A DNA stretch of 63,831 nt, counting the filler, from Octopus bimaculoides (taxonomy: Eukaryota): NCBI RefSeq assembly GCF_001194135.2. It is 7 parts of 7 records of this genome, joined end to end, with 100 filler letters (N's around TTAATTAATTAA, not from the genome) between each part and the next. Parts side by side here need not be neighbours in the genome. Positions count along the whole stretch, not along the records: positions 15,611 to 43,061 come from NC_068985.1; 6 more parts are not named here. The stretch is one strand, 5' to 3'. The notes under the pieces were generated by a model. That model ran no database searches, had not been told where the DNA came from, and worked only from the letters and a program-made list of their open reading frames with translations. Shown here one piece after another: positions 27,006 to 40,091 of the stretch (position 1 is the stretch's first letter; each line of letters begins with the position of its first letter). Position numbers and translations under genes: made by a program.

Positions 27006-27790
27006 ATGGAATAACAGAATCGTTCCTCCATTACTGCATTGGCGAGCGCCGAGCAAACTTCCAATAAAATTGTTAGGTTGACAAAACTTTCAAAAGCAAC
27101 AGTTTATCGTGTGTATAAACAATTTAAAGAAAAGAGAAAGATTAATAGAAAAGAACACAAGACTCGAAGTGACTCCAAACGCAATCCAAAATTTCTCGCT
27201 GGCCTCAAACGCACGATTGAACCTATCCACATCAGACAAATCTTGCAATGTGTTCCTTTCCACGGTGTCCAGAGCTGTGAACAGGAACCTTGGGATGACT
27301 AGCTATGTTCGACGACGCTGTCACCTCCTAACAACCAAGACAAAAGCAGTCAGTTCCGAGAGATGACCAACACTTCTGTTTTTTTTTTTTATCATACATC
27401 AAGGTACAGGAAAACTCTCCAGTTTGTGGACGAGAAGAGGTTCAGTGTGGACGGGAAGTTAACATTGAACGCTTAGGTAAATTGCAGAATAATTCTCGAG
27501 TGAGTGCACACAACACGTCTGACATCCCGACTGTGTTTGAGACTAAGAATCCTGGCCTTATGATGGTATTTGGAGCCGTGACGAATGATGAAGGTGGCAT
27601 AGATCCAAACTTCGTCGGGTCTGGCCTGAAGATCGGCACGTGGGAGTATCTGGACATCCTGAAGAACTCTCTTTCAATGTGGTGCTCATCCATGATTTTG
27701 CACCACGTTATGGGCCAAAAGCAACACAAACTGTCCTTGGTGAGAAGGTGCCATTTTTTTGTGAGAGCCAACAAGTTTCGCATTAATTAT
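27006..27790 (+). mobile_element. Tc1/mariner-superfamily transposase remnant (resembles DD37D/maT-type)
   Basis: HTH-like IVRLTKLSKATVYRVYKQFKE...RSDSKRNPKFLAGLKRTI, LGMTSYVRRRCHLLT, FVDEKRFSVDGK, PTVFETKNPGLMMVFGAVTNDEGG.DPNFVGSGLKI; stops and frameshifts. Confidence 0.85.
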
Positions 27791-27968
27791 ATATAAGAAA
27801 AGGTAAAACAAGAAATCTTCTAACAATGCAGAAAAATTTACCAAAACCTTTATATTTTAGGCGGAAAGGCCCATCCTCAGAAGAAAGCAGTCCACGAAAT
27901 GTCCAGATGCACCGACTTCGTTACCTTACTTAAACTCTTAGACGTTATGTTTGCAGCAGTGGCAGCCA

Positions 27969-28079
27969 CTCTCCATCTTTTGGTGTAAGCAACTCTCCAA
28001 CTGTTGCTGTCGGCAATTCTCCAACTGTTGCTGTAAGCACATCTCCAACTGTTGCTGTAAGCACATCTCCAACTGTTGG
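27969..28079. repeat. 24-bp minisatellite, about 4.6 copies
   Basis: Units (a/c/t)tctccaactgttgctgtaagcac start at 27969, 27993, 28017, 28041 and 28065. Confidence 0.95.
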
Positions 28080-28739
28080 TTGATGCGACGTATGGTCGCG
28101 TAGTAGCGGTAGTGGTGGTAGTGTTGGCGTATATTATGATACTGGTTGCAGTCACTGTGATGTAATTCATAGGAGGACAACTCAACTACGTCCGACTTTT
28201 GCTTTTTGAGTTGAAACAGTGGATCAATATAGTTTCTTTTATATGTAGATTTCCAGTGTTCTTCTTCGAGGCCAGTATGAAGACGTGTATCTCTTTGGTG
28301 GCGTTTCCGCATCTGGTCAGGTGTTTACGGAAGGAAACGGCGTTGGTAATGAGTTGCTCCTTCATTAGGACGTGTTATGATCGTACTGTGCTACTGGTGT
28401 AATAATTGTTACATTTTGAGCTCGTATCTGGTTTACTATGTACATACGTAAGCACATGTAAGTGTTGCGAATGGAGCAGTTCACCGGTGTGGAGGGCTGT
28501 TGTTATGCACGTGACCACCTCGTTGATAGATGTTTACTTAGGAACGGTTCTGAATGGGCTAGTAGAATGTGGAGTCCTTCGAAATTCTATAAGCAACTCA
28601 CTGGCCAGGTCTACAAAATTTCTTAAACTTCCTACGTCGCTTTTGCACCAGCGAACTTCTGCTCCATCTCTTCAGTTAGCGTCACACATGCATACTGCAC
28701 CGCTCGCAGCAACTCTTGATGCTGAATGGTACTAATAAC

Positions 28740-29890
28740 TTCCTACTACACACGGTCGCTACCTTTCTAGACGATTGCTAACACAGATGTGTTCAGCAAG
28801 AAAGAAAACGCCTGAAAAGAAAACTCCTCCGGCTCTGTCACAAGCGACACCGCAACAGCCCCGATGTACACCATGGAGTAGCAACATCATTACTGACCTG
28901 AATACCCCTCCTGACACCTACCTGCTGGCCAGCAACGGCAGACCCATAGTCACGGACCTCACAGAATCCCTAATGAAGATCGACATCAAGGCCACCCTTC
29001 ACTGGGCAGTATACAGCCTCTAACCCAAGGCCCCGACTGATCCCACCACTAGGGGTACTGACCTTTCCCTTCTCCACAAATTTCCTGTCTACCACAATCA
29101 TACCACGCTCCACCCTCACTACCATTGACCTTCAATTAGACAGCAAACTTTCATGGCTAAAACAGTCCATTTTACCACCCTCGGACAAACACACTAATTA
29201 CTTCCCACCTAACCTTTCCAAGATACAAATTACCACATCAAAGAAACTTAGGTCGAGGAATCTGGCTTACTTCCCCTTGGACAAAGGCAGAGAATTCTGC
29301 GTTATAACGCAACACACATCTCTCAATTAAGCTTCCAGCACCTTAGCAACAACAGTACCTACCATTTTACAAAATCTCGTAGTTCCTCTCTATAATCCTG
29401 AGAACCCCTACTATCGACTTTCCCAGCTCATGTTAATAGAGCAGACGAGGTCATTCAACAACTGCAACGTTTTGAATCCGACACACTCAAATTCCAAAAA
29501 TATACTTTGTGTTTAGAGGTAGTCTTCCTATACACCTCAGTTCCTGCAGTCGACCTGATCACGGAATATGTTGCCTGTTCGAGCTTTGCTCCTCCGACAT
29601 CCACCAAATGCTGTCAATTATAGTCACAAACACGCACTTCGATTTCCTTGGCAACACATATAAACAGTGTTCAAATCTGTTTATGGTGTCCAGCCTCTCA
29701 GGCCTTCTCCTGTTGCCTACGTAGACAGGTTCGAGCGACGGGCACTCAGTATCTGCCATTCATACGCCTTTTTTTTCACCAGATATGTGGATGACATCCT
29801 CATGGTCACTCTTTCACACGAGGACGCCTCTGCTATGCCAGAGAATTTCAAGAAGATGAACCAATCGTGAATTTTCACAACCAGCTCCGA
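28740..29890 (+). mobile_element. Penelope-like element reverse transcriptase remnant
   Basis: PLDKGREFCVI (ADKG motif), LEVVFLYTSVP (DVxSLYTxVP), TNTHFDFLGNTYKQ..., AYVDRFERRALS and FFTRYVDDILMV (YVDD active site); upstream QERKRLKRKLLRL fits a PLE N-terminus. Confidence 0.88.
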
Positions 29891-32800
29891 TGTTCTGATA
29901 TCCCTCATATAGCCAATCCTCTCATGATCTCTCATTTCTTCTCAATCATCATTGAACCTCTTGTGCTAGCGTGGAATAGAAACTCGTCTCAAACAAGGTA
30001 ACCCATTAGCCTGGCGCATTTCATAAGTTCCTGTAAAGTTTTTGCCCAGTTTAACAGTGTTTTCGTGTCCCGATTATTCAGCCATGACAAGCAAGTGTGT
30101 TCAAAGTCCTGTGACTGCCATCATCCTTGAACCTGGAATAATAAATGTTGACAGGTCAGCTTATTACAATATAGTAATGTCATACTAAAATCACAATAAT
30201 TTAGAATAGTTACAACCACCTCACCGAAGAATTTCAAAATTTTTGGAATGCGCCTCACATATCATTTTTATCGTCATAGTGTTTAAATACTTTGCTTATA
30301 ATTTCTTAAAGTAACTCAAATTCATTTTTCAATAAATGAATAAAAATAACTCATGTCTATCAAGAATCATACAGATTTAAAGATTTCTATATTTTACAAC
30401 CCTTTAGGTTCAGTTTGATAATGTATTCTCTGTAAAATGTAATACACAGGTGGCATGTATATTTTAGAGACTAGTGATATTTATTGTTTAGCGATTGGTA
30501 AGAATGTGCTGCGAAATAAACTTTTATTCTAAGGAGCTATATCATCCTACACGTATATTTCGCTGCAACGTACTTAGTCTGGACTCTGTTTCACACATTT
30601 AAACAACTATAAAATTAAAAAAATACTATTATCATTATATATATATATATATATATATNNNNNNNNNNNNNNNNNNNNNNNNNNNNNNNNNNNNNNNNNN
30701 NNNNNNNNNNNNNNNNNNNNNNNNNNNNNNNNNNNNNNNNNNNNNNNNNNNNNNNNNNNNNNNNNNNNNNNNNNNNNNNNNNNNNNNNNNNNNNNNNNNN
30801 NNNNNNNNNNNNNNNNNNNNNNNNNNNNNNNNNNNNNNNNNNNNNNNNNNNNNNNNNNNNNNNNNNNNNNNNNNNNNNNNNNNNNNNNNNNNNNNNNNNN
30901 NNNNNNNNNNNNNNNNNNNNNNNNNNNNNNNNNNNNNNNNNNNNNNNNNNNNNNNNNNNNNNNNNNNNNNNNNNNNNNNNNNNNNNNNNNNNNNNNNNNN
31001 NNNNNNNNNNNNNNNNNNNNNNNNNNNNNNNNNNNNNNNNNNNNNNNNNNNNNNNNNNNNNNNNNNNNNNNNNNNNNNNNNNNNNNNNNNNNNNNNNNNN
31101 NNNNNNNNNNNNNNNNNNNNNNNNNNNNNNNNNNNNNNNNNNNNNNNNNNNNNNNNNNNNNNNNNNNNNNNNNNNNNNNNNNNNNNNNNNNNNNNNNNNN
31201 AATGCACGATTCATTCGCGATGAGAGTTGGTCGAAAACCGAGGTACAACTATATATATATACACATACAAACGCGCGCACACAGAAACACACACACACAT
31301 ATAAACACATATATATGCATCCATACTTACATATAGGTATATATGCGTGAGTATGTATAAAGTGTCAATCGTTTGTATGTGCATATGAATTATCGTTCAC
31401 TCTCTCTCTCAATACATATATGTATGTCTATGTGTATGTGTGTGTGTGTGTGTGTGTGTATGAGAGAGAGAATGTGTGCGCGTGTACATGTATCCGTATA
31501 TAAGTATGTGTGTATACATATATATATATGTATGTATGTATACATATACATGTTTGTACATATGTTTCTATGTGTGTGTTTATTTCTGTATCCCTATACA
31601 AGTATTTTCTACATATGTTCGTGTAAACATATTTTTAATTTGGTTTGCTTATTTATTTTAATTTAATATCTGCTGCATTATAGCTATACGCCATTTACGA
31701 ATATATATTTGTAAAAAACATTGAGAAAAATATATAAATAATTAATTTTTTTCCCATGAAATCTTCCATATTAGTCATTCTAAGATATAAATTTGAAAAA
31801 ATCAAGCAAATAACTAATATAAACAATCACAATAGAAGCGAATACGACAATAGAATCAGTATTAAAATATCACCAAAAACGAAAGCATACGGAAACTTCA
31901 TCCACCGCCGCCATCTTCCCCTGCTGTCACTATTATCGCCTGCAGCTCTACAGAGAGAATAACTATAATAAGAACAAGAAAAATCAAATCATCACAAAAG
32001 AAACTTAGAAACGGTTTTTGATAAATTTTACCTACCACCACCAACATCAGTATATTTACCACTATTACTACTATCCTACTCTAAGAAAGGTAAAGCATTA
32101 TTACCAGAACTATCATCGGCACAATCTGGAGAAACTACAAAAACAATGTAAAAAGCAACTGTAATAATCAATCAGAAAATATATATATATACAAAAAGAC
32201 ACGCACAAGCACACAGATATGTATATGGAAAACAAAATACAAAGAATTATAAATACATCATTCATTCTACGCATGCGCGTTTACATATTCTAAACAATTG
32301 TTTAGTCTCTTATGTTGGACCAAAAAATAACACAAGATAATGTCTATGATTAAGTTTATATTTTAATGATTGAAATAGAAAAAGAAAAAAAAGTGTATTA
32401 CTCGAGGAAGTCAAATATTAAAAAAAAATTATAAATTGAATGCAAACACAAGAAAATGAAACAAAAATGACAGAAAAACAAGGACAAAGCAGTGTACAAG
32501 AATTGATCGACGGTCCTTTATCTTTAGGAGCACAGCTGTTTATTCACTGCCTATTATTTTAATTTTTTTTTATTTTGTGTAATTTTTGCTTCATGGTCCT
32601 TGTCTTCTTTGCGTCTTTGCTTCGTATAAAGTAGGCTAGATGCTATTATAAATATACTGAATGTATGTATAATTTTATATATATTTTTTTGTTGGGGGTG
32701 GGGAATCTTCGTTTTACAGAAAGAGAACAATACATTTCAGTAAGCGATACTTGCCAGAAATGGGCATGAAAATTGTTTTTTAAGAAAATCAAATTAATCA

Positions 32801-33199
32801 CATACAGCAACAACAACAGCAAAAATAAAACAAAAAAAGTAATCAAATTCAAATACAATTATAATGAGACACACATGCATACACTTATACACATTCTTAA
32901 ACTCCTATATATATACATATATATATAAGACAGAAAGAGAAAGAGAAAACATATCTTAAATATAAATATTATTACAAATTCACATATTTATATCTATATT
33001 CAGAAATGTGCGTGTGTATGTATATATGTGTGTGTGTATGTATGTATGAATGTGCGCATGTATGTACGTACTTATGCATGGGCCTATCTAGGCATAAATA
33101 CATTTTTCTCGGTGTATATGTTTATATGCAAGCTTATATATGTAGGTACCTAAATATCCATATATAATGAGAGATAACTACATAGATATATAGATAAAT

Positions 33200-33248
<49 letters not shown>

Positions 33249-33798
33249 AAAAGAGAGAGAGAGAGAGAGAAAGAGATGAGCATGCATTCACAAAATCATA
33301 AATATACATACATATTTAGAAGCATACATTCATGCACAAATACATATATAACAGTGTGTCTGAGTGTACATATAACTACACTATTACATATAGTGAACAC
33401 AAAGGTAACATAAAAAATAAGAACATATTCTCATTCCCACAAACATATTATTAAATACCTTTAGGTTTGAACGCTCTTTCTTCAGTAATGTATTTCTGTA
33501 TATGACAGCCTCTTTCGGCATTGCGTAGGGTTTCACCCAATTAATTATTTCAAATACAAAAATCAATATATTGGTTTCATATAGCTCTTTTCATTTTCGC
33601 ATTATGGCAGGAACTCCTGGGGTCTTCTTCACCATTCAAAATCCATGGCAATCTATGTCGAAACTAATTAATATTTTTGGATGGAGTAGCTATATAGCAT
33701 AAGGCTGCTGGATGAATATAAATAAATCACTTTGTCAGTCTATATTCATTGAATACCTTAAAACATCCATATATACATAAATCTATATGTATACATAC

Positions 33799-33833
<35 letters not shown>

Positions 33834-33867
33834 TATGTATACAGGTTTGTGTGTGTATTTGCATATA

Positions 33868-33909
<42 letters not shown>

Positions 33910-33984
33910 CATGCATATAAGCGTATATATATACATACATATATATATACGTATATATAGACACACACACACACACACACACAC

Positions 33985-34073
<89 letters not shown>

Positions 34074-36019
34074 ATATACATACATACAAGCATATACAAA
34101 TGGTATATACGTATAATAAATCAATTATTCAAATACTGTTTTATTATTTTATGACAAAATTTGAACTTTCTGAAATCACGCCAGAAACAGAAAACTGTAA
34201 GTGCATATTTGGACGAATAAAAGAAACGCATCTACACAAAACACTATGAATAGATGTGCATATTTGAATGTCTCTGTGTGAGTGTACATGAATGTCTATA
34301 TATATGTTTATGTGCATGAGTTTAGACATCCTATAAAACCTGTGTTAACATTTATTAACAATATTTATTGAAAAAAGAGCCCAGTAGAAAATTATTTCTG
34401 TCAATGTGTCTGGATGTGTATGTGTCTTTGTACGCGCGCGTGTGTTTGTACGGGTATGTGGAGATAATCATGTGTGTATGCATGCATGTATGTATGCAGA
34501 AACACAAACACACTCACATGCACCTTCCAATCACATGCAAAACTGTAAAATTAATTATCGAAATGTTAGTCCCTTCTGTTCGTGCAATTAATAAGCAAAT
34601 ATGAAGATGACATCTATTGTATGACCTGACTCTATTTTCCGATATCATCAGCCATTGTTTTAACAGAATTGGAAACAAAACCAAGTTCTATTTATGTGTA
34701 AAGTTTTGAGATTTCTCGATAAAAACCTTTTAGAAATACCTACTTTGTCAAAATTTTCAACCTTGTGCATATGACATTTTAGCACTAATATCTATAGATT
34801 TTCATCTATAGGCCATTTTCTAAATGGTCATTTATTATGTTTAGCTTTATTTAAGAATCCAAACAAATAGCCCCAGGTTAGTTCTGGTTGAGCGTAATTA
34901 TTCTGAAAGCGTTCCAGTTATATCATAACACTTTTACTATCTTGGAATATATTGTCCAATGTGTAGTGGTGCTTTTGAAAATGTATTAATTTGTGTGCTA
35001 TTTCTAGTAATTCGATTAATTAGCTAAAACCCACTCCTTGTTTCCTCGTTGGCTATGATCGATCATTCAAATTTGATAAAGAAGAACAAGCAGAAAGACC
35101 GCTGGTTTGAATGATGAGATGATTATTATCCGTTCCGATTGATAATAAGCTTCAATATCATATTTGACACCGTCTTACTTATGTTCCATATCAATAAATA
35201 TTTTACAATTGAACTGCTTATTGCCTTTAGGTCAGCGTTTCACCTTTGATGTATACGCTCGACCGAAATCACACATATAGCTCGCACAACAACAGCCTCT
35301 TAATTAACTATTCAGAGAAATTTGACTTACCACGATAATGATTTAATGCATGTGTATCACCAATAAATCGCAAGAAAACGATTTCACGTGAATAATTACG
35401 AATACATTTAAAAACCGTTTCTACCAACATCTACATTCATTCAGATTAGCGTAAGGGAAAATTGTGCATCTTTGTCATAATTCATCTGGAATCATGTACC
35501 ATGGAAGAAAATTATTCAAGTACCATAGAACATCCTCAAATAAGCTATTCTGTATTTCAGTCCACCCACAAACTGCAGCCTATATCAAACTGATAATTTA
35601 CAGTTGCTAAAATAAGAGTTTAGAGTTGTTACCAAGCTGTTATCAAAGAGAAAAATATGTCTGAGACAAATTCTACGAATCCAAAATTTTCGTCAGATTT
35701 CATCTTACAGTTACCAGATTTAACTTCAGCTTAGTGTAGCTCGTCCTTGCTGATCAAAGTTTTAGAACACCTTTTGCTTTACATCATACAACATCAAGTC
35801 AGCATTAAAATTGTTTGTCACCTACCAAACTTCAGCGAATTATAATCGAACTAGCGCCTGCGTCACTGAGATATTAAGTCAGCCATCCACCATACATTTC
35901 TTGAAAAGGAATGTGGTTATCATATGCGTGCAGAATGCAAAATATCTATTAGCCTGAACAATTAAATTATTTTATACATTATCAAACCACCTACCTACAC
36001 AGGTTTCATATTTTATCAT

Positions 36020-36210
36020 TTATTTGTTTCACTCATGAAACTATGGCCATGCTGGAGCTTTGCCTTAAACTTTTTAGTCGCAAAAATCAACTCCGGTACT
36101 TTTCAAAGCCTGATACTTATTCTATCGGCTCATTCGCTGAACCACCTGTTCCTGGGGCAACACCGGTTGTCATATGATGGTGGGGCTCAAACACAAACAC
36201 AGCTTGAAAC
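36020..36210 (-). mobile_element. Diverged SINE (family D, related to C)
   Basis: ggccatgctggagc...aagcctgatacttattctatc aligns with 53026-53215. Confidence 0.65.
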
Positions 36211-36224
36211 ATGCACACATGTTT

Positions 36225-36370
36225 TCATCTACTAACTTCAATGCCACGGTTTCGGTCGGCCCGGAGCTATAGTACCTTGCCTATATACGTAGCTAAGGTG
36301 CTATGCAGTGAGAGTGACCCGTAAGAACGTGGATGAGATGCCAACTTCTTACCACACGGCCATACCTGCC
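36225..36370 (-). mobile_element. SINE family A, diverged copy
   Basis: ggtcggcccggagctatagt...aaggtgctatgcagtg...ttcttaccacacggccatacctgcc aligns with 7881-8045. Confidence 0.7.
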
Positions 36371-36929
36371 CCACCACAGGCGTAGCTGTATGACTCCGTG
36401 TCCGATCAAGAGACATGTGAGTGTGTTTGGGAGAGTGACACAGAAAGAGGCCCGTCTTACGCATGTCATGAATGAGTCTACACACACATACACACACGTA
36501 TAAAGATATATATATATATAGCAATGCTGGTGCCGATTAGTACTCTGTGTCACTTTAGTGACGTCTATACTTGTTGCGTTTCGCTTGTAAATTGCGAATA
36601 GCCACCTTAATACTTTATAATTCCTACTTCACCATTTTCGGAATCAGTCAATTTTTTTAATGGTGTTCTCTATAAGACTGACAGGGTGAGTCAAGTTATT
36701 TAACCCTCGGTGATATAGTAATGGGTCACTAATGAAGATTAATCAAATCTGAAATCAGCTCTGACTCCATCTTGCTTGCCTTAGAGAGGGAATTGTCGTT
36801 AGAAAATGGCTACCAATGGGCTAAGAATCGTTTTGACTCGTATTTCTACCAACGCTTTGCTGACTAGCACCCTCCGTCACTTTGGTGGCAATTATATATA
36901 TATATATATATATACATGATTGACCGTTG

Positions 36930-37106
36930 ACTGAACACTATTCAATTTTTTTTCTCCGTGTTTTTCTCCTTGTCTCCGTATTCTTTCTGTTGAAGAGCGT
37001 AGCTCGAAACGTCAAAGACTTTCCGTATTCCCGAGCGTCATACTAATATATACTTTTGTTATTTACACCACCTGTCCTCGTCTGTTGTTATTTTTTGTAT
37101 ATTCTC

Positions 37107-37110
<4 letters not shown>
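36930..37110 (+). mobile_element. Short repeat carrying a hammerhead-like motif (36982-37018)
   Basis: UCUUU-CUGUUGA-A-GAGC(GUA)GCUC-GAAAC-GUC-AAAGA; downstream ccgagcgtcatactaat...acacc...ctgtc is homologous to the reverse complement of 48486-48620. Confidence 0.65.
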
Positions 37111-37153
<43 letters not shown>

Positions 37154-37954
37154 TACATACATAAACATATATGCCCACAGGTACTGAAACAAATTGTATA
37201 TTTCAATACACACACTGTACGAATACACAGGCCTGTATATTTTCAGTTACATACTTACATATCCTTAAAGCAACAAGTATATATATTTGTTTTTTTATAT
37301 ATTTCATTTTGAGATCACATTTATTCACTGTAGTATGCGAGCAAATGAGAGTATTGTCTTATGAGTTTCCCTCACATTTGACGTTCATTTCATCAGCAAA
37401 TCTTTTTAACGGTCTAATTAATTGCTGTTAAGTGAAAATAATTTGAGTGTCTAAATTTGAATTTCAAATCAATATATCTCCCATGTTGTTATTTAAAGTG
37501 CAGTCAGGCATTTGCTTTTCAACGGAACGTGCTCATATTTTTGCAAGGTAGAACACCATCGCCACTCTCCATTATAAATGAATATATTTGGAAAATATAT
37601 CCATATATCCGTATGCATATATATGTATGTGTATAACGTCCATCCATCTCTTCTCTCTCCCTCTCTCTCTCTCTCCTTCTCTCTCTCTCTCTCTCTCTCT
37701 CAATCTATAACAAACACTCACATACACTCATACACACATGTGAAGGAACATGTTCCATACATACATTTATACACAAAAAACACAATTTTAGTCATGTAAC
37801 AACCAACACATTCGCCTACAAGAAAAACGTATCTTTACGTGATTACTTAAAATTGCAAATTCTGTAGACCCACTTTGGTCATGAATGACCATTAAATTGC
37901 ACTCCGAAGCACAAGAACGTGCAAGTTTGTTTATAGAAGACCAGCAGACGCTCT

Positions 37955-38165
37955 TGCATACCAGACTCCCCTCTACTCGCCACCGATCTTATCCAAGGGT
38001 AAGGCAAAGGCTGATACAGCTTAGCACCAGTGACGTTGCTACTAATTTCTACAGCTGAGTAAACTGGAGCAATGTGCAATAAAGTGTCTTGCTCAACAGC
38101 AGAACACACAGACCGGTCCGGGAATCCAACTCACTACCCCATAATTGTGAGCCTGACGCACGATC
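37955..38165 (-). mobile_element. SINE related to family B
   Basis: cagctgagtaaactggagcaatgtgcaataaagtgtcttgctcaacagcagaacac...ccggtccgggaatc is the reverse complement of the family B body and head. Confidence 0.75.
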
Positions 38166-40054
38166 TATTTATTGACCCATGCACCTTCACTTTTTAAGCG
38201 CTAGGTCATGCAGCTTCACGTGGTCACACATCTACAAATAACGGTTAAATTTCCAACAAATTGTAGCCGTGAATCCTTAAAACGTGACTGATTATAAAAT
38301 AAGTAGGATACAATCTTCAAACAAAAGCCTACATGACTGGAATCCTTTCATATTAGTGAGTTCTCCAGTTGAAAATTTTTATGTCCCTAGAAATACTCAA
38401 GTTTTTGTAAGCATATAAACACTGGAGATAACCTATTTCTCTCCACAACAGCATTGATATGATCAGGACAAGATCTCGTAAGGTGTCTTTACTTCATTGC
38501 CGAAGTTATGTAATACAGTATGCATATAAAAACACATATTCAAATGATAACATCGATTATTAACCATAACCTAAAAGACTGAAAAATAGCTCAATACATT
38601 TGTAATTTCAACAAATACATATATATGTGTGTGTGTGCGTGTGTGTGTGTGTGTGTGTNNNNNNNNNNNNNNNNNNNNNNNNNNNNNNNNNNNNNNNNNN
38701 NNNNNNNNNNNNNNNNNNNNNNNNNNNNNNNNNNNNNNNNNNNNNNNNNNNNNNNNNNNNNNNNNNNNNNNNNNNNNNNNNNNNNNNNNNNNNNNNNNNN
38801 NNNNNNNNNNNNNNNNNNNNNNNNNNNNNNNNNNNNNNNNNNNNNNNNNNNNNNNNNNNNNNNNNNNNNNNNNNNNNNNNNNNNNNNNNNNNNNNNNNNN
38901 NNNNNNNNNNNNNNNNNNNNNNNNNNNNNNNNNNNNNNNNNNNNNNNNNNNNNNNNNNNNNNNNNNNNNNNNNNNNNNNNNNNNNNNNNNNNNNNNNNNN
39001 NNNNNNNNNNNNNNNNNNNNNNNNNNNNNNNNNNNNNNNNNNNNNNNNNNNNNNNNNNNNNNNNNNNNGTATATATATATATTAATACATACATATATAT
39101 TAATACATACATATGTTTATATGTATGTATTAATGTATATATATATGTGTCTGCGTGAATGTGTGTGTGTGTGTGTTTGTGTGTATGTATAAGTATATAT
39201 ATATATACGCACACATTTGATGATATGCATGTATGCATACGTGTATGTGTGTATCTAGGTTGGTCGATACGTACGAACGTAGGTATGTATGCATGTTTAC
39301 ATGCGTGAAACTAATAAAATAGATATTTCTGACAAGAAAATAGTTATAGAATTTAGCTAACAAAGTTTGTACGATTTTATTGCCTTCATAAAATGTGAAT
39401 GAATGGAAGCCCTCAAAAACTACAGCCAAGATAGGGCTAGGAAACCATTTCATATATACATATATGTATATATATATATATGTACACATATATATATGTA
39501 CATATACATATATATATATATATATATATANNNNNNNNNNNNNNNNNNNNNNNNNNNNNNNNNNNNNNNNNNNNNNNNNNNNNNNNNNNNNNNNNNNNNN
39601 NNNNNNNNNNNNNNNNNNNNNNNNNNNNNNNNNNNNNNNNNNNNNNNNNNNNNNNNNNNNNNNNNNNNNNNNNNNNNNNNNNNNNNNNNNNNNNNNNNNN
39701 NNNNNNNNNNNNNNNNNNNNNNNNNNNNNNNNNNNNNNNNNNNNNNNNNNNNNNNNNNNNNNNNNNNNNNNNNNNNNNNNNNNNNNNNNNNNNNNNNNNN
39801 NNNNNNNNNNNNNNNNNNNNNNNNNNNNNNNNNNNNNNNNNNNNNNNNNNNNNNNNNNNNNNNNNNNNNNNNNNNNNNNNNNNNNNNNNNNNNNNNNNNN
39901 NNNNNNNNNNNNNNNNNNNNNNNNNNNNNNNNNNNNNNNNNNNNNNNNNNNNNNNNNNNNNNNNNNNNNNNNNNNNNNNNNNNNNNNNNNNNNNNNNNNN
40001 NNNNNNNNNNNNNNNNNNNNNNNNNNNNNNNNNNNNNNNNNNNNNNNNNNNNNN

Positions 40055-40091
<37 letters not shown>

